Below, in pieces: positions 27,316-42,596 of a stretch of 64,000 bases of DNA. The DNA lies in NCBI RefSeq assembly GCF_009914755.1, contig NC_060936.1; one strand, 5' to 3'. The stretch is from the human T2T-CHM13v2.0 reference genome, Homo sapiens. The translations under genes were made by a program, and so were the position numbers. How positions within the stretch are numbered: the stretch's first letter is position 1; each line of letters starts with the position of its first letter. The notes below the pieces were generated by a model, which searched no databases, was not told where the DNA came from, and saw only the letters and a program-made list of their open reading frames with translations.

Positions 27316-29098
27316 ATCTTTCTCTCCTCCTCAGCAAATATTTATGGACCACTTGAAATGTTCATAAGCTGGGTGCCATATGAAGAAAAGTTGAAGCAGC
27401 TTAGCATTCGTGTTGGGCCCCATGGCTCTGCCAATTTCTGGCTGTGTGTCTGGGCCAACTGACTTCACCTCTCTGAACCTCACCTTTGATGGATGATGGC
27501 AATGAAACCCACTTGTTAGGTTGGTCGTGACCATGTCTGCTATTTGCACCATCATGTTTCCCATCCCTGGCCAGAGCTAGGAATGTATCAGTTGACTCAA
27601 TCTGTGTGAGGGCCTCAAAGTGTGGATGAAAATTTTCTAGGACAGAGAAAAGAGGATAGGTGTTTCTAGTGGAGAGGATAGGATGAGAAAAATCACAGAG
27701 GCAAATGTACCTGGTATCATAAAGAAATGCTGATGGGTCTGGCATCTTTAAGGCTGCAATTTGTTATCCTTTTTGGGGGAAGCTTAGCGATGGACTTTTG
27801 CAAAATCAGATAAAGCTGTCAGGACCTTCCCAGAGGTAGACACACAAGGTTTAGGTGTAGACTTTTAAGAAAAGTTGTCAAAGAAAAAATACAAGTGATT
27901 CAAACACCTACATGTTCAGGGGCAGGGGAGACAATGAAAAAACATAGTGTTTCAGAGAACCTATATGTAATGCTTCTTCCAAAAATGTAATAATTTGGGG
28001 AATTCTTTAAATTTTTTCCTCTAAATTCTTTAAATTTTACTGGCTGCAATGAAATGCAACCATGGGTGAGATTTCTCAGAAGAAAAACATACCATTGTTT
28101 CAAGTAGATAAGGAAAGCCATTTGGGCTGGCCTACCCTTGTTGAAATATAGGACTCACAGTGGCCTGGTCATGCTGCCTCTTTGTCGTGTTTGTCCCCTC
28201 TCGTTGCATTTGCAGAATTCATAGCTGTCCCTAGGTACTCTGCCTGGATAGGAAAAAAGATCACCGTCCACTATAGATTTAAGTACAAAACTGCAGCCTT
28301 TGTTGTGATGACCAAGTAAGGACTACCAATCCTACTGACCACTTCCGTGCTTCTCTGAGTTGAACAGAATACATTTGACCAATAAGGCTAGTTAAGAGTT
28401 CCACAATGAATGGTTGAAGCTGGAAGCAACATTAAGCTGGAAAGTGAGAAGGTAGTTCATGTGCTAATGGCAATTAATTTATGTATATATTTGTACTAAT
28501 AATGTCAAATTAGACTGTGGTGGGCTAGCATGGAGTCACAACTGGCATTCAAATTGGTTACATCCTTGTGAACTGATTGTATTTCAAGATTCGAGCAATG
28601 ATCAGCAAATAAACTTTTTCTACAATTTCTTGTATGCAAGCAGGACAGTTTTTACTTTATTAAAAAAAAAAAAAAAGATTTCCCACCCCCTCCCCCCGCC
28701 CAAGGGCTTTGCCTTCCCCCCAGGAGTGTCCCAGGTTGAGGTTTTGAAGCCAAGGACTATAACATGAGGCAGGAAGGATGGGCTGGAACTGTTTGCTGAG
28801 GACTTAGGCTTCATGGTGAAGGTGCAAGACCATGGGAGGTTTATATGGGGACAGCAGCCAGTAGTTGGGCTAGAATCTCTCTCCTTCTCTCTCTCAGTCT
28901 CTCTCTCTCTCTCTTTCTCAACCCACTTCTGTGGGCCTGAATGAAACCCAGAGTCCCTGATTGAACTTTATGGCTGACTATTTAAAAATACAATTTTACG
29001 GTCTTAAAATATCCCAACAATTAGGAACACTAAAACCTGGAAACCTACAAGCATCATAGCCACACGCTCTTGTAGCGAGTGTTCATTATTTCAGTATG

Positions 29099-29887
<789 letters not shown>

Positions 29888-29889
29888 GA

Positions 29890-30290
29890 TGTATCCTTTC
29901 AGAAATTACATTACATAGACCTGCCTTTGTAGAGCAGATTTAAAAAAAGAAAGAAAGAAATTACATTATAGACAGAACTTAATATTTCTCATATTTAGTT
30001 CTTTACAAAAAAGATCATATTACACATCATGTCAAAGTCACACCGCTAGGAAGTGATAGAATCCAGACTCAAACTCATGCTTAGGGACCTGCATTCTCAG
30101 CAGCTGTGCTCCCCTGTCATTGTGTGCTATGAGAGGTTCTCTTCCTCCCTTTATGCTGGCCTCTTAGGTTGTGTCCAGTTTGGGCTCTAACATACAATGC
30201 TTTATGAATATCCCATACCTATAACTTTGTCCCGGTGTGTATTTTTGTTACATAAATTCCTAATGGTGCAATTGCTGGGTCAAAGGGTTT
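29890..30290 (-). mobile_element. Old L1M fragment
   Basis: TTAGGTTGTGTCCAGTTT...ATAAATTCCTA...ATTGCTGGGTCAAAGGGT. Confidence 0.6.
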
Positions 30291-30615
30291 CACTCCTTAA
30301 TGCCAGGTTCTGCAGGGCTAATTAAAACCCTATTGGTTGATCGGGGGGCCTCCCCCCAGCCCCATCAGTCTACCCAATCCTCAGCCCCCTTTTCCACAGA
30401 AGGAGGCAAAGGGAACTAATTTCCCACTTCCTGCAGCTGACAGAAGGTAGTCAGTATTTATGCCACAGACTGGGCTCAGGCAGAGGTCTTGTTTCCAGGA
30501 GAGAACAGGCTTCAGATTTGGACAATCTCAGCTCAAATCTTTGCTGTGCCTCTCACTAGCTGTGTGACCCTGGGTGAGTCACTCAACACCTCTGAGCTTT
30601 TATATCACTATATAT

Positions 30616-30950
30616 GGCTCAGCGCGTTGGCTCACGCCTGCAATCCCATAATCCCAGAATTTTCGGAGGCCGAAGTGGGCAGATTACTTGAGGTCGGGAG
30701 TTTGAGACCAGCCTGACCAACATGGTGAAACCCCAGCGTTACTAAAAATACAAAAATTAGCCAGGCATGGCAGCACGCACCTGTAATCCCAGCTACTCAG
30801 GAGGCTGAGGCCCAAGAATCACTTGAACCTGGGAGGTAGAGGTTGTAGTGAGCCGAGATCTGCACTCTAGCCTGGGTGACAGAGTAAAACTCAATCAAAA
30901 AACAAAACAAAACAAAAAACAAACAAAAAACAAAACAACAGAAAAAAAAA
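30616..30950 (+). mobile_element. AluS inside a MIR
   Basis: Dimer with (CAAAA)n tail; MIR sequence on both sides. Confidence 0.93.
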
Positions 30951-31721
30951 GAAAGGAGGTCAAAATGTGTACCTACAGAATTGTTGGGACACTTGGAAAG
31001 AATGGATATAAAGTCCACAATGCAGTGTCCAACACTCAGGCTATTGCTTTTTCTCTGCTCTTATATTTACTTGAGGGTAATACATTTTTTCCCCAGGCCT
31101 CCCCACCCTTTCCTCTAACATTTGATGGAGAATGCTGAACCAGGCGCATGGGAGGAGACGCGCCAGGCTCTAGAACTGCCTTCCATGTGAATGCCTTTGG
31201 GTCCATTCAAACCCTTTCAAATTGAGACTCTCCACTTGAGATTCAACAGCTGAGGAGGTCAACTCACTGACAATGAAGGGCAAAGAGGACATTTATCCGG
31301 CTTAGCCTCAGCATAGCTATCAGGAAGCTAAAGGGTTCTCTCTCTCCCAGAGCTGGAATATTATGTTATCATTATCATTATCATTATCATGATAATTTTG
31401 ACAGTGGTGATGGCATCAGGGAGCCGTTCTCACACTCACGCAGATAAAGGCATCACGGACCCAGTCTTGTAACTCTAGAGGAGCACTGTCCCCTCTGAGA
31501 TTCCATTATTGGACTGGAGCCTGCAGTAGAAACATGTCTAATATTTACTTCATACCATAGAGGCTGCTTATTAAGCATCTGCTATGTGCCGGGCCTCATG
31601 CAAGATGCTAGACATTCAGCAAGCAAGACAGACGAAAACCCTCCCCTGGCACAGCTTAGAGACTGGCCAGGAGAAACAGACACGAGATAAGGGTTTGGTT
31701 TGGTTTTTCAGCACATGAAGA

Positions 31722-31842
31722 CAAAATGTGATTTCTGCTACAAAGAGAACAGTGTGTTGTGTTTGAGAATAAAATAGCAAAATGTAGCAAAATGTGATTT
31801 CTGCTACAAAGAGAATAGTGTGTTGTGTTTGAGAATAAAATA
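31722..31842 (+). repeat. 55-bp near-tandem duplication with a 10-bp stutter at the junction
   Basis: 31722-31776 vs 31788-31842 (1 mismatch); TAGCAAAATG x2 at 31775-31794. Confidence 0.95.
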
Positions 31843-31957
31843 AAGGGAAGGAGAATAGCAAAGGATAAGATCTGGGGATGCCCAGTGGATTGAAGGAGGC
31901 CTTAGAAAGCTGTGTGACGTTGGGCTAAGTCCTTACATCTCTTAGTCTGTTCCCTGC

Positions 31958-32283
31958 TATTTATTTACTTATTTATTATAGAGACCGGATCTCCCTCTGT
32001 CACCAAGCTGGAGTGCAGTGCAGTGGGATGATCACAGCTCATTGCAGCCTCAAACTCAAGTGATCCTTCCACCTCCGCCCCCTAAGTAACTGAGATTACA
32101 GTGTGTCTTTACAAAAAACTGAAAAAATTAGCCACCACATCTGACTAATTTTTTAAGTTTTTTTGTAAAGACAGGGTCTCCCTTTGTGGCCCACACTGGA
32201 CTCAAACTTCTGGTTTAGAGTGATTCTCCTACCTCGGGCCTCCCAAAGTACTGGAATTACTGGTGTGAGCCACTGCTCCCAGC
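31958..32283 (-). mobile_element. AluJ with an internal inverted insertion
   Basis: Antisense AluJ; 32104-32131 is the reverse complement of 32145-32173. Confidence 0.9.
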
Positions 32284-32899
32284 ACCCCGCAGTCTAAATG
32301 AGAGGATCCATTAGTTGTATCCTGAGTTGCTGGGGTGGGAAATGACATCTCTTATGCAATGGTACCAGCACAGAGCCCACCCTATGGTTGCCTTTAAGTG
32401 GGACTAATTCCACTACATTGTCTGATTCTGGATTTAGGCTTCCAAACCCCTAAGCCCTTGGAACATTACAGTCTGTGCTGAACACTTGGGGTAAACAAAA
32501 GGAACCCCAATTTCCTATAACCTCAGGTAAGTGTTTCGGAGTTTGGAAAGTTCCCAAGTGGGCTTTCCAGAGCAAACCTTAACTTTGGGAAGAGATTCTA
32601 CCTGACTTTTCTTTTTTGTCCTTAAATATTATATCCCAGCAACATGAGTGAAACAGTCCTTATTGCTTTTGTATTGTTGAATTTACTGTTGCTATGGTGA
32701 CTGCTAATGATAGCGATGATGGTAATGATGATATTGAAGCCTGTCTGCCCAACCAATCTATTAAGCCTTCCCATATAGCATTTGTTACTATCATCTGCAC
32801 GCTGCAGGCCTTAAAAAGGTTTTCATACTGCATACAGCATATGTAGAGCGTAATGCACTCCCAATTCCTTATTCTGTACAACATGTCAGTCTGAAATGA

Positions 32900-33300
32900 C
32901 CTAAGTCAATGTTATTTGTAGAAACTTGTAAGTCACTTGAGGGAATCACTTAAAAAGAGAGAGGGAGGCAAAAATATTAACATAGATTTAGTAGATAGTC
33001 ACAAGAATATGATCTACCAAGGGAAAGTGTTAGAAATTGTTGTTAATAAGCCTTTGTAGAAGAGACAGAATAAACATAAATCTACAGGAAAAATAAAACA
33101 AATCTATCGTAATGTGTAGCGAATACATGAGTGGGTTCTTGTGGGCTAGAATAACATCTCTCATGATGGTGTCATGCCGAGATGAGAAAAAGGACTGTGT
33201 CACCAACAACATAGATGGACGTGAAGGTGATCCATCAGGGCTACTAGGTGAGGCCTGAAAAAGCATCCTCAGTGATGAAAAAGACACCACTGTGAAGATG
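32900..33300 (+). mobile_element. Decayed pogo/Tc2-type DNA transposon, DDE transposase fossil
   Basis: Hand translation: NIDLVDSHKNMIYQGKVLEIVVNKPL (32979-33056), then EWVLVG*NNIS...CVTNNIDGREGD. Confidence 0.7.
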
Positions 33301-33375
33301 CGTGGGAAGAGTTCGAAGGAACAGTTTTTTGAAACGTGATGGGGGTGGGGGATGGCAAGGAAGTGATATTTGTAA

Positions 33376-33741
<366 letters not shown>

Positions 33742-33959
33742 ACGTAGTAAGAAATTTAAAATATAGTTTCTATAACTAATTAATAGATTAAATATTGCAA
33801 GACATTTGATTATTTCATCTTCTCATCCTTATAAACTGGGACATTTATTGTTTAAAAAATTGTAATTTCTTTAGGAAAATAGGTTGAGGCCTAATTGGCA
33901 TCATCTACTTCATTTTTAAAGTCTAGGCAGAGCTGGGCATGCAGTGGGTAATAGTGAAG

Positions 33960-34001
33960 AGAATGAATGAATGAATGAATGAATGAATGAGTGAATGAAT
34001 G
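33960..34001 (+). repeat. (GAAT)n, probably an expanded L2 tail
   Basis: About 10 GAAT units preceded by L2 3'-end-like sequence. Confidence 0.85.
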
Positions 34002-34734
34002 GAAAATTTGACCACTCCCTGTAAGACACATCACCTCAAAGAGACTCAACTCCTAGCCATAGAGGAGATTCACTTTCATTTGGAATTAACTTAATCTTTG
34101 CATGTAGTTCTTGCCTTTCCCAGAATTTAGCACCCTAAATAGTCAAGAGGAAGCCAACTGGTCCCTCAGCCACAAGGCACTTGAACCTCAACTCCTCCAG
34201 AGCAGAGCAATCCAAGCTAGATGAATTCCGACCCCATCAAAGGAGCTTGGGGTTGCGCACAGACAAGGGTTTGGGGTGGGATTCTTGAAATCCTTTCTTT
34301 TTGGGAGAAACAAGTGCAACTCAAGTCTGGGATTGTCGTTTCAGATTCCCTTGATGACTTAGCACTGAGGCCTCAAAGGATGATGGAGCAAAGCAAGAGA
34401 TAGAAAGGGAGGGAGAAGGTGAAAGCTTTCACAGGAAGGCAACTGGTAATAATCCAAGCTACTACTATGCACAGAGGCCTCACCTGTGCCAGGCACTGTG
34501 CCCAAGACTTTACCTGCACCATCTGGCCAAGACCATTAGCTTCATCCAATGGCAGAGCCAAGCTGTTGGGCAACACAGATCAAGGCCACACAGCCAGCCC
34601 AGGGAGGAGCAGGGGGTGCACCAGATCTACCTGTTTGCAAAGTCTGAGCTTTTAACAACAGTATTCAAACTGCTTCTAAAATTTTGAGCTGGCAACTGCA
34701 ACAGCAATAACAAAATCAGTGAAACTAGCTAACC

Positions 34735-35010
34735 CATAGACTTACTGTAAGTCAGGTACTGTTCTAAAATGCTTTACATGCACTGGAAACACTATCATTA
34801 TCCTCACTGTACAGATCAGGAAACTGAGGCACAAAGCGGTTAAGTTGCCCAATTCAGCCAGGAGCTAGGAACTTTCTCAGGACTGTCCCACTTTTAGTAC
34901 TGAAAGCTAAGACCCTTCAGTCTCATGCTAACTAGGACAGTTGGTCGCCCAAGCCAGGAATAGGCCCCAGTCAATGTGGCACCGAAGGACATGCTGTTAA
35001 CCAGCTCCTG
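34735..35010 (-). mobile_element. MIR interrupted by a MER81-like hAT-Blackjack MITE (~34865-34950)
   Basis: ACAGATCAGGAAACTGAGGCAC core; insert TTTTAGTACTGAAAG...GGACAGTTGGTCGCCC. Confidence 0.65.
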
Positions 35011-35859
35011 ACCCTGCTCCAGGAAGTGGCTAGGTGTAACTGTGATGTGCATGAGGTTTGCAGTCAGGACAAGTGCCAGGCTAGAGTCCAGACTTTGCTT
35101 TGTATTAGTTGGCGAGCCTCTAAAGCGTAGTTTTCCTTATCTGTAAAAATGGGAATAGTAGAATCTGTTTCATTGTGTTATTTGAAAGGCTCCCAGCAAG
35201 GTCATCCCTGCCGGGCCCAGGGCTGGACACAGGGTGGATGCCCAGCAATGATTAGATTGCATGGTCACCCCCATCATGGTAACAAAGATAATCGCATGTT
35301 ACTCTGGATGAAACAATGTCAGCACAGGCAGGCAGGTGTGTTGAGAAAGGATTAATCTAAGCAACTGCTGAGGCAAAGGGAAGGGGAGCTGGTGTGACCC
35401 TTATGTCATACCAGATGCTGCCATCTCCCCTTCCAGATGCCAGATATCCTGGCGGGGCAGGCCCAGCTGCCTTGGAAAGGAGGCATCTGTGTTTCCCACT
35501 CGATCCTGTCTCCGAGGCTTCAGCATCAGCCTTAACCTCCAGAGCCCAAGGAAAGCTCCCCTGGCTTCCTCCCTCTTCCCTCTGCTATTTGTGGTCCTTG
35601 TGGTGTTCTAGGGACCAGTGATACTGTTCTTATCCATCACATATTCTCTTCCCAAACAATGGGAATAGGATGTTCAGCCCATCAAACCCCCGATTGTCTC
35701 ACTCTCTCCCAGAATTGTAGGATGGAGAACCCTGCACAGCCTCAACATTCCATTGCTAACTCAACCAGCACCTACAACAAATTCTGCATTTCTTCACCTC
35801 TCATGCTATTCTGATTCCAGCTCTGTTGAAAGCCATCACTCAGTCATTCAACAAACGCT

Positions 35860-36085
35860 TAGGGAGGCACAATGAGTAAGTGTGTGCTCCCAAGCCAGGC
35901 TGCTCAAGGTCATGATGGCAGCTTCACTACTTACCAGCTGCTAGATCTGGGAGTCAAGTTCATTAGCCTCTCTGTACCTCAGTGGCCACATCTGAAAATG
36001 GGCTCAAAAATAATACTCATCAGATCATGTTGTATAAATCCTGGGAACAATGCCAGGTGAATAGTAAGTGCTTAATAAATGACAC
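35860..36085 (+). mobile_element. MIR
   Basis: CTCTCTGTACCTCAGT...CATCTGAAAATGGG...TAGTAAGTGCTTAATAAATG. Confidence 0.8.
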
Positions 36086-36292
36086 TAATCATTATTAGTT
36101 TTATTATAAATATTAATGTTACTATGTGTTGCACTTTCTAGAAGCAACCCTTTTATTATATCCTTGTTTCTGGGCCATGATGAATGTAAACACCCCCTAG
36201 GGAAAAAATATTACAAGGAGATGAGCATTAAGATTGAGAATCCAGAGGTGGTATAAACACAACTTCCTCTTGCTGTCATTGTCCACCCTGCC

Positions 36293-37419
36293 CAGAACTA
36301 GCTACAAGAGCATGTGACCAGTGCATTGGCACAGGGCCCTGCACTAGGAAGGCCCCATGCTTGAGGCTCATACCTTATGGCTAATGCTGAATCGAATGGT
36401 CTGTGTAAATCAAGTCCAGTGGACAAGGGAGCACACATGGTGCCTTGGATCCTGGGCTCATGAACTATCCCACCTCCCGCCACCTCATCCTTTTCCTGGG
36501 CTGGCTCCTTGGCCATCCTCTCCTCTGATTTCACCTCCACGTTCTCCTCCCTGCCCTGCCCAGCAGTCAGTTTAACTTCCACTCACAATGGGGCCTGAGT
36601 ATGGAGAGTCAGGGTAGGAGCATGCACCTTGCTGCATGTCCACCTGGATCATGGTGACTGCCATCTCACTCTGGGCTGGCAGTACCACCCTCTGCCCAGC
36701 TGGAGACTGGCCAGAGGCTGCAATTCAATAGGGACAAGCCTCTCGTTTACACTGATTCAGGTATCTAGCACATCCTGGTGCAGAAGTTGCAGTACCCTTG
36801 AGGGTTACCCTTCCATCATGAGTTGGGGCTAATGGAAAGCAAGGATGGCAGGAGGGAAGAGAGGATGGCAGGAGGACCTAGCAGCCATCAGACCTGAATG
36901 AGCTTGTGCACACCCTGCATGGCAGGGTAGGGTTCCTGGATGCCTGGGAGAGCATGTACCGACCTAAGAATACCATGCCTGAGAAGCATGCCCTTGAACT
37001 GGCTCTGTCCCTAGTATGACCCTCTGTTCCTCCTTCCAACCTTCCCAAGTCTGGCTTATGTTGAACTCTTCTGGCCAGCTTCAGGCACTCTCCTGGAAGA
37101 AGCTACAATGCACAAATTGGGCAATTTTGGTGATTCTGCATCAGAGTGAAATGCCAGGTGCTCTGGTATCTGCATTTAAAACTGGCTTTGCAGAATCAAA
37201 ATATGAATTCTAAAAAAAATTATTCTAATAATGTAACTTTTTTTTCTTTAGATAGAATGCATTTCCCTAGAATACCATGATAAGTCAAGAGAAAGACCAC
37301 AGAAGAAAGGAAGTGGCTTTATATTTTTGTAACTTCAATAGCCCTTTTCCCTGCTTTTTGAGCAGGGACTCTGCATTTTCATTTTGCACTGAGTACCACA
37401 AATTATGTAGCCAGTCCTG
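36293..37419 (+). mobile_element. Long MER45 (B/R-like) hAT-Tip100 element
   Basis: 5' end CATGTGACCAGTGCA..CACAGGGCCCTGCAC; 3' end TGCATTTTCATTTTGCACTG...CAAATTATGTAGCCAGTCCTG; continuity of the middle is inferred. Confidence 0.6.
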
Positions 37420-38489
37420 CATCCACCGTACTGAGGAATTTTGAGGTGCAATTTTGCTAGCAGAATTTATATCTCCTCTCAGTGTTAACAAATATTCCCT
37501 TTCACGTAGAAGCAAAATGAGGAAAGAAAATGAAAAATGAGAGAAAGCAATGAGAAAGGAAGAAAACCTCTCCCTGCCACCAACATCATCCCGCTGCCTC
37601 CAGGGCTGGGAAACGGACTGTAACACTTGGACAAGTCAATTTACCTCTCGGAGGCTCAGTTTCCTCATGTGTCAAGTGGGCACAAGTATACAGTCTTTCT
37701 CATAGACACTTCAAAGGATTTAGTGAGATAGTGCTGAACTGGATGCTGTGCTTGGTATAAGTGCTAAATAAGTGGTATTTCTAGCCTTTACACTATAATG
37801 GTAATAACAGCAACAAGAAGAAGCAAATCTAGTTGTCGTAACGGTATAAACAGGTGCTAGGAGCCGATGAAAATTATTTTCTCTCCAGGCTCAACTTGTG
37901 AACGGATTCTTCTGCTTGTGAGGGATACAGGACCTTCCCTTATCTTTCTCTCATACCTTTTCTGTTGTTATTTCTTTTCTAGGTCACTTCCTTTGCTGTG
38001 CAGCTTTTGTTGCCCCACAGATTCCTGGCCCCAGCTAGTCTGGGTCACTTCTGTCTCAGGCTGTACCACTCAAATCCTGGCTTATAATTACAGCAACATT
38101 CGCCAAGCCCGCATGTCATCACATACCCTGGAGAGGCCAATGGCTGTGTTTTATGTCATTTCTGTATGATTATTACAACAACAAAGAAAGATACCATGAG
38201 AATACACCTGAATTTATGAATTAAGGCAAGGGATATTCACCAGGGTCAGGCACTGAGCTCTTGTTTATGGAAGACATTGACTCAGCAAATCCTTTTTATG
38301 GCTTCAGTAAAGAGCAAAACTGCAGTTCAGCTTTCAAGACTGCAAACTCTCAACTAGGAATGAATTTTCATCCTCCCTTCACATTTGTCCAGTCAGAAGA
38401 CCAGGGTACTTAAGGCTCCCTCCTCCAATTCCTCTTCTTCCCTCGACAACTCAGAACCAGCCACGCTCACGTAACTAAAAATACATACG

Positions 38490-38800
38490 TCAAAGTGCCC
38501 AAAGGGGTGGACTCTCATTCACTGCTGGTGAGAGTATAAATTGATTCAACTTTTAGCGAGAGTAATGTGGGAGAGTAATTATTATAAATAGATTTGTTCA
38601 ATTTCTGAGAGAGCGATTTGCCAGAATAGTTATCATAAGCCTCAACAATATCCAGACTCCTATAGATCCAACAATTTTGTAGCTAAGAAAATAATCTGAA
38701 AGAGAGGCAAGGGTGAATATACAACAATGTTCATTGTAATATTATGCTTAAGAGTTAAGAAGCAGAAACAATTGAATTGCTGATATCATGGACGTGCTGA
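38490..38800 (+). mobile_element. Old L1M fragment
   Basis: ACTCTCATTCACTGCTGGTGAGAGTATAAATTG...AATGTTCATTG. Confidence 0.6.
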
Positions 38801-38805
38801 GTCCA

Positions 38806-39310
38806 TGTTCTGGTTATCTCTTGCTATACTAAAAAAAAAAAATCCTCAAACTTACTGACTTAAAACAGTAAAAATTATAAATATTTTGAAACGAATCTTC
38901 CATGTGTGCAGGGTTGTATGGGAATGCCTCCTTCTGGTTCTCAGTAACTTGGTCCTCAGATGGGGTGACCCACAAAACTAAGGGCTGGAACCGCCTGAAG
39001 CCCTGGTCTCTTGACATAGTATTTCCAATATGGTGGCCTGAGGGGACTCTGACTTCTTCAGTGTGGCTCAGGACTTCATGAATTGTTTTAGAAAAAATGA
39101 ATTGTTTCATTTTCTTCTTTATATTTTCCGAGTTGTCTAAGATTTTCACAGGCCATATTGGGCTGTGTTTGGCTCCCATGTGACTTTAAGAATGTTCATG
39201 TTCAAATCATCACTTCCAGCTTCTATGAAGAGTTCTGGCCACCCACAGAGCAGGAGGCTGGTGCAGTACTGACAAATCGACCCCTGTAGAGGGGTATAGA
39301 CTCCTCAGTT
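38806..39310 (-). mobile_element. MLT1 (G/H-like) LTR remnant
   Basis: TGTTCTGGTTATCT..TTGCT...AAACTTACTGACTTAAAACA. Confidence 0.55.
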
Positions 39311-39494
39311 TGTCTTGCCCCAGCTGGCTTGCCTTCCTGTATTTACAATCCCTGTCTGCCCTCTGGGGGCATTCGAGTTTGCAAGCCCCTAGTCCATATT
39401 TAGAACTGAAAAGCAAGAATGACAGCATCATGGGACAAATCTAGGGGAAAGCACATTGAGACAATTTGTGGAGAGAAAAATGGTGTCTTGGAAA

Positions 39495-39700
39495 AAAAGG
39501 GTACAACAGACACTCACCGGGGCTACTTGAGAGTGGAGAGGAGGAGGAGGGTGATGATTAAAAAACTACCTACTAGGTACTGTGCTTATTACATGAGTGA
39601 CAAAATAATCTGTACACCCACCCACCCCCAACACACAATTTATGTGTAGAGCAAACCTACACATCTTCCCCTGAAACTAAAATAAAAGTTAAAAAAATAA
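39495..39700 (+). mobile_element. L1PA (about PA15/16) 3' end
   Basis: AAAAACTACCTA...GTGACAAAATAATCTGTACAC...CTAAAATAAAAGTTAAAAAAA. Confidence 0.88.
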
Positions 39701-40579
39701 AATTAGCAATATTTTCCTCTGAATTACTTCTGCCAGAAGCCCAAAAATCCACAAATAGACCCACTGTTACATACGGAAAATCTACTACCTACTCTTAATA
39801 GTCCCCAGTTTTAGGTTGTAATAAGACCAGTATTTTGCTGAATCTCTACTTTTTCTTAGTCAAAGCCAATTTATTCAAAGACTATCAGAAAACAAGATTT
39901 CAAAATAATTCTAAAGGCCTACATGTCATTATAGAAGTGTATGACTTTCCATGGGCCCTGAGACTTGAAATTGATAAATGTTTGTATTCATTTTCCAATG
40001 AAAACTATGGATTATATTAATACATCTTAAAAATACATGCAGTGTTCTGGAACCATTGTATAAAATACAATCTATTGGGAATATAAATATTTTCATAAAT
40101 TCTATTATGAATGTAGTTTTTTTTTTTTTCTAATGGTGTCTTGGATGTAAAACATCCATGATTTCCCTACACCTTGTGTAAGCTGGTCCTAATTCAAGTC
40201 AAGTCTCCCTCACAACCCCAGAGGATCTTTCCCACCTCACTCTTTCTCCCCAAAGCATATGGTAGGTAGCACATGGTAATGGGCCACTGGCATCACCAGC
40301 AATGCAAACAAGTCCAGAGAAAGGTTGAAGAGCCAGTGGAAGGGACAGAAATATGAGAAGAAAGATGGAGATTCTGACTCCAAGTAGGTGCCTTGGGTTG
40401 GGAAGAGGGAGAAAAAGAACAAAATCATCAGTAAAAGAAAAGGGTGAGAAATGGCCATTTCATGCCTTCTAGCAAGCAAGGTGAACCCTGGCCACCGTAA
40501 CCACTCCCACTCTTGCTCATTTGCTAGCAACATGTGTTGCAGACACCCAGAGGAAGCCTGCAAGCCTCCTTCCAAATTA

Positions 40580-41947
<1,368 letters not shown>

Positions 41948-42115
41948 TCTAGTCTTTTGAGTAACAACTTCATGATATTTACTATATGTACAAATCACCT
42001 ACGCCATTTTCTATTCAATATTCATCTTTGTATTGATTTTAAGTTGAATTCTTTTTAAACTGAGTTTTGTTCTATGCACTCCCTCTGAGAAATCATGGCA
42101 TTCATGGGTACTGTG

Positions 42116-42117
<2 letters not shown>

Positions 42118-42161
<44 letters not shown>

Positions 42162-42178
42162 ACACACACGCACACACA
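42118..42178. repeat. (CA)~30 microsatellite
   Basis: Read directly; two interruptions keep purine-pyrimidine alternation. Confidence 0.97.
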
Positions 42179-42596
42179 ATGAGGTGCTGGGTCTGGCCTG
42201 TACAGGCACAGGAAAGTCACTGTCAAGTTTTCAGAACTTTTGGTAGCTGTTTATTAACTGCAGCCATCATGAAAAATTAAATTATATGAACTTACAATTA
42301 AGTTATTCCAAAGAAAAAATGATAAATACTTAAAACTCACTGCTTCCTGATTATTTTATATTATTCTATTATCACTACACTTGAGGTTATTTTCATCTAT
42401 TGTGTTTGTGTGGTGGAAATACTATATAATAATTTGCTAATCCACATTTCTTCCAAACTCTGCCTTTTGTGACATCACAGTGGCAGCCTGACATCTACTA
42501 TGGTGGCAATATTTACACCATGGAACTTAGCAATTGCTATAGTTCACGATGTTTTCCCCTGGAGAGCTAATTGTTAAGCATTTACCAGCACACTGC
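42179..42596 (+). mobile_element. MER63-type hAT-Blackjack element
   Basis: Colinear with the 11.7 kb copy; ends TTGTTAAGCATTTACCAGCACACTG. Confidence 0.78.
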
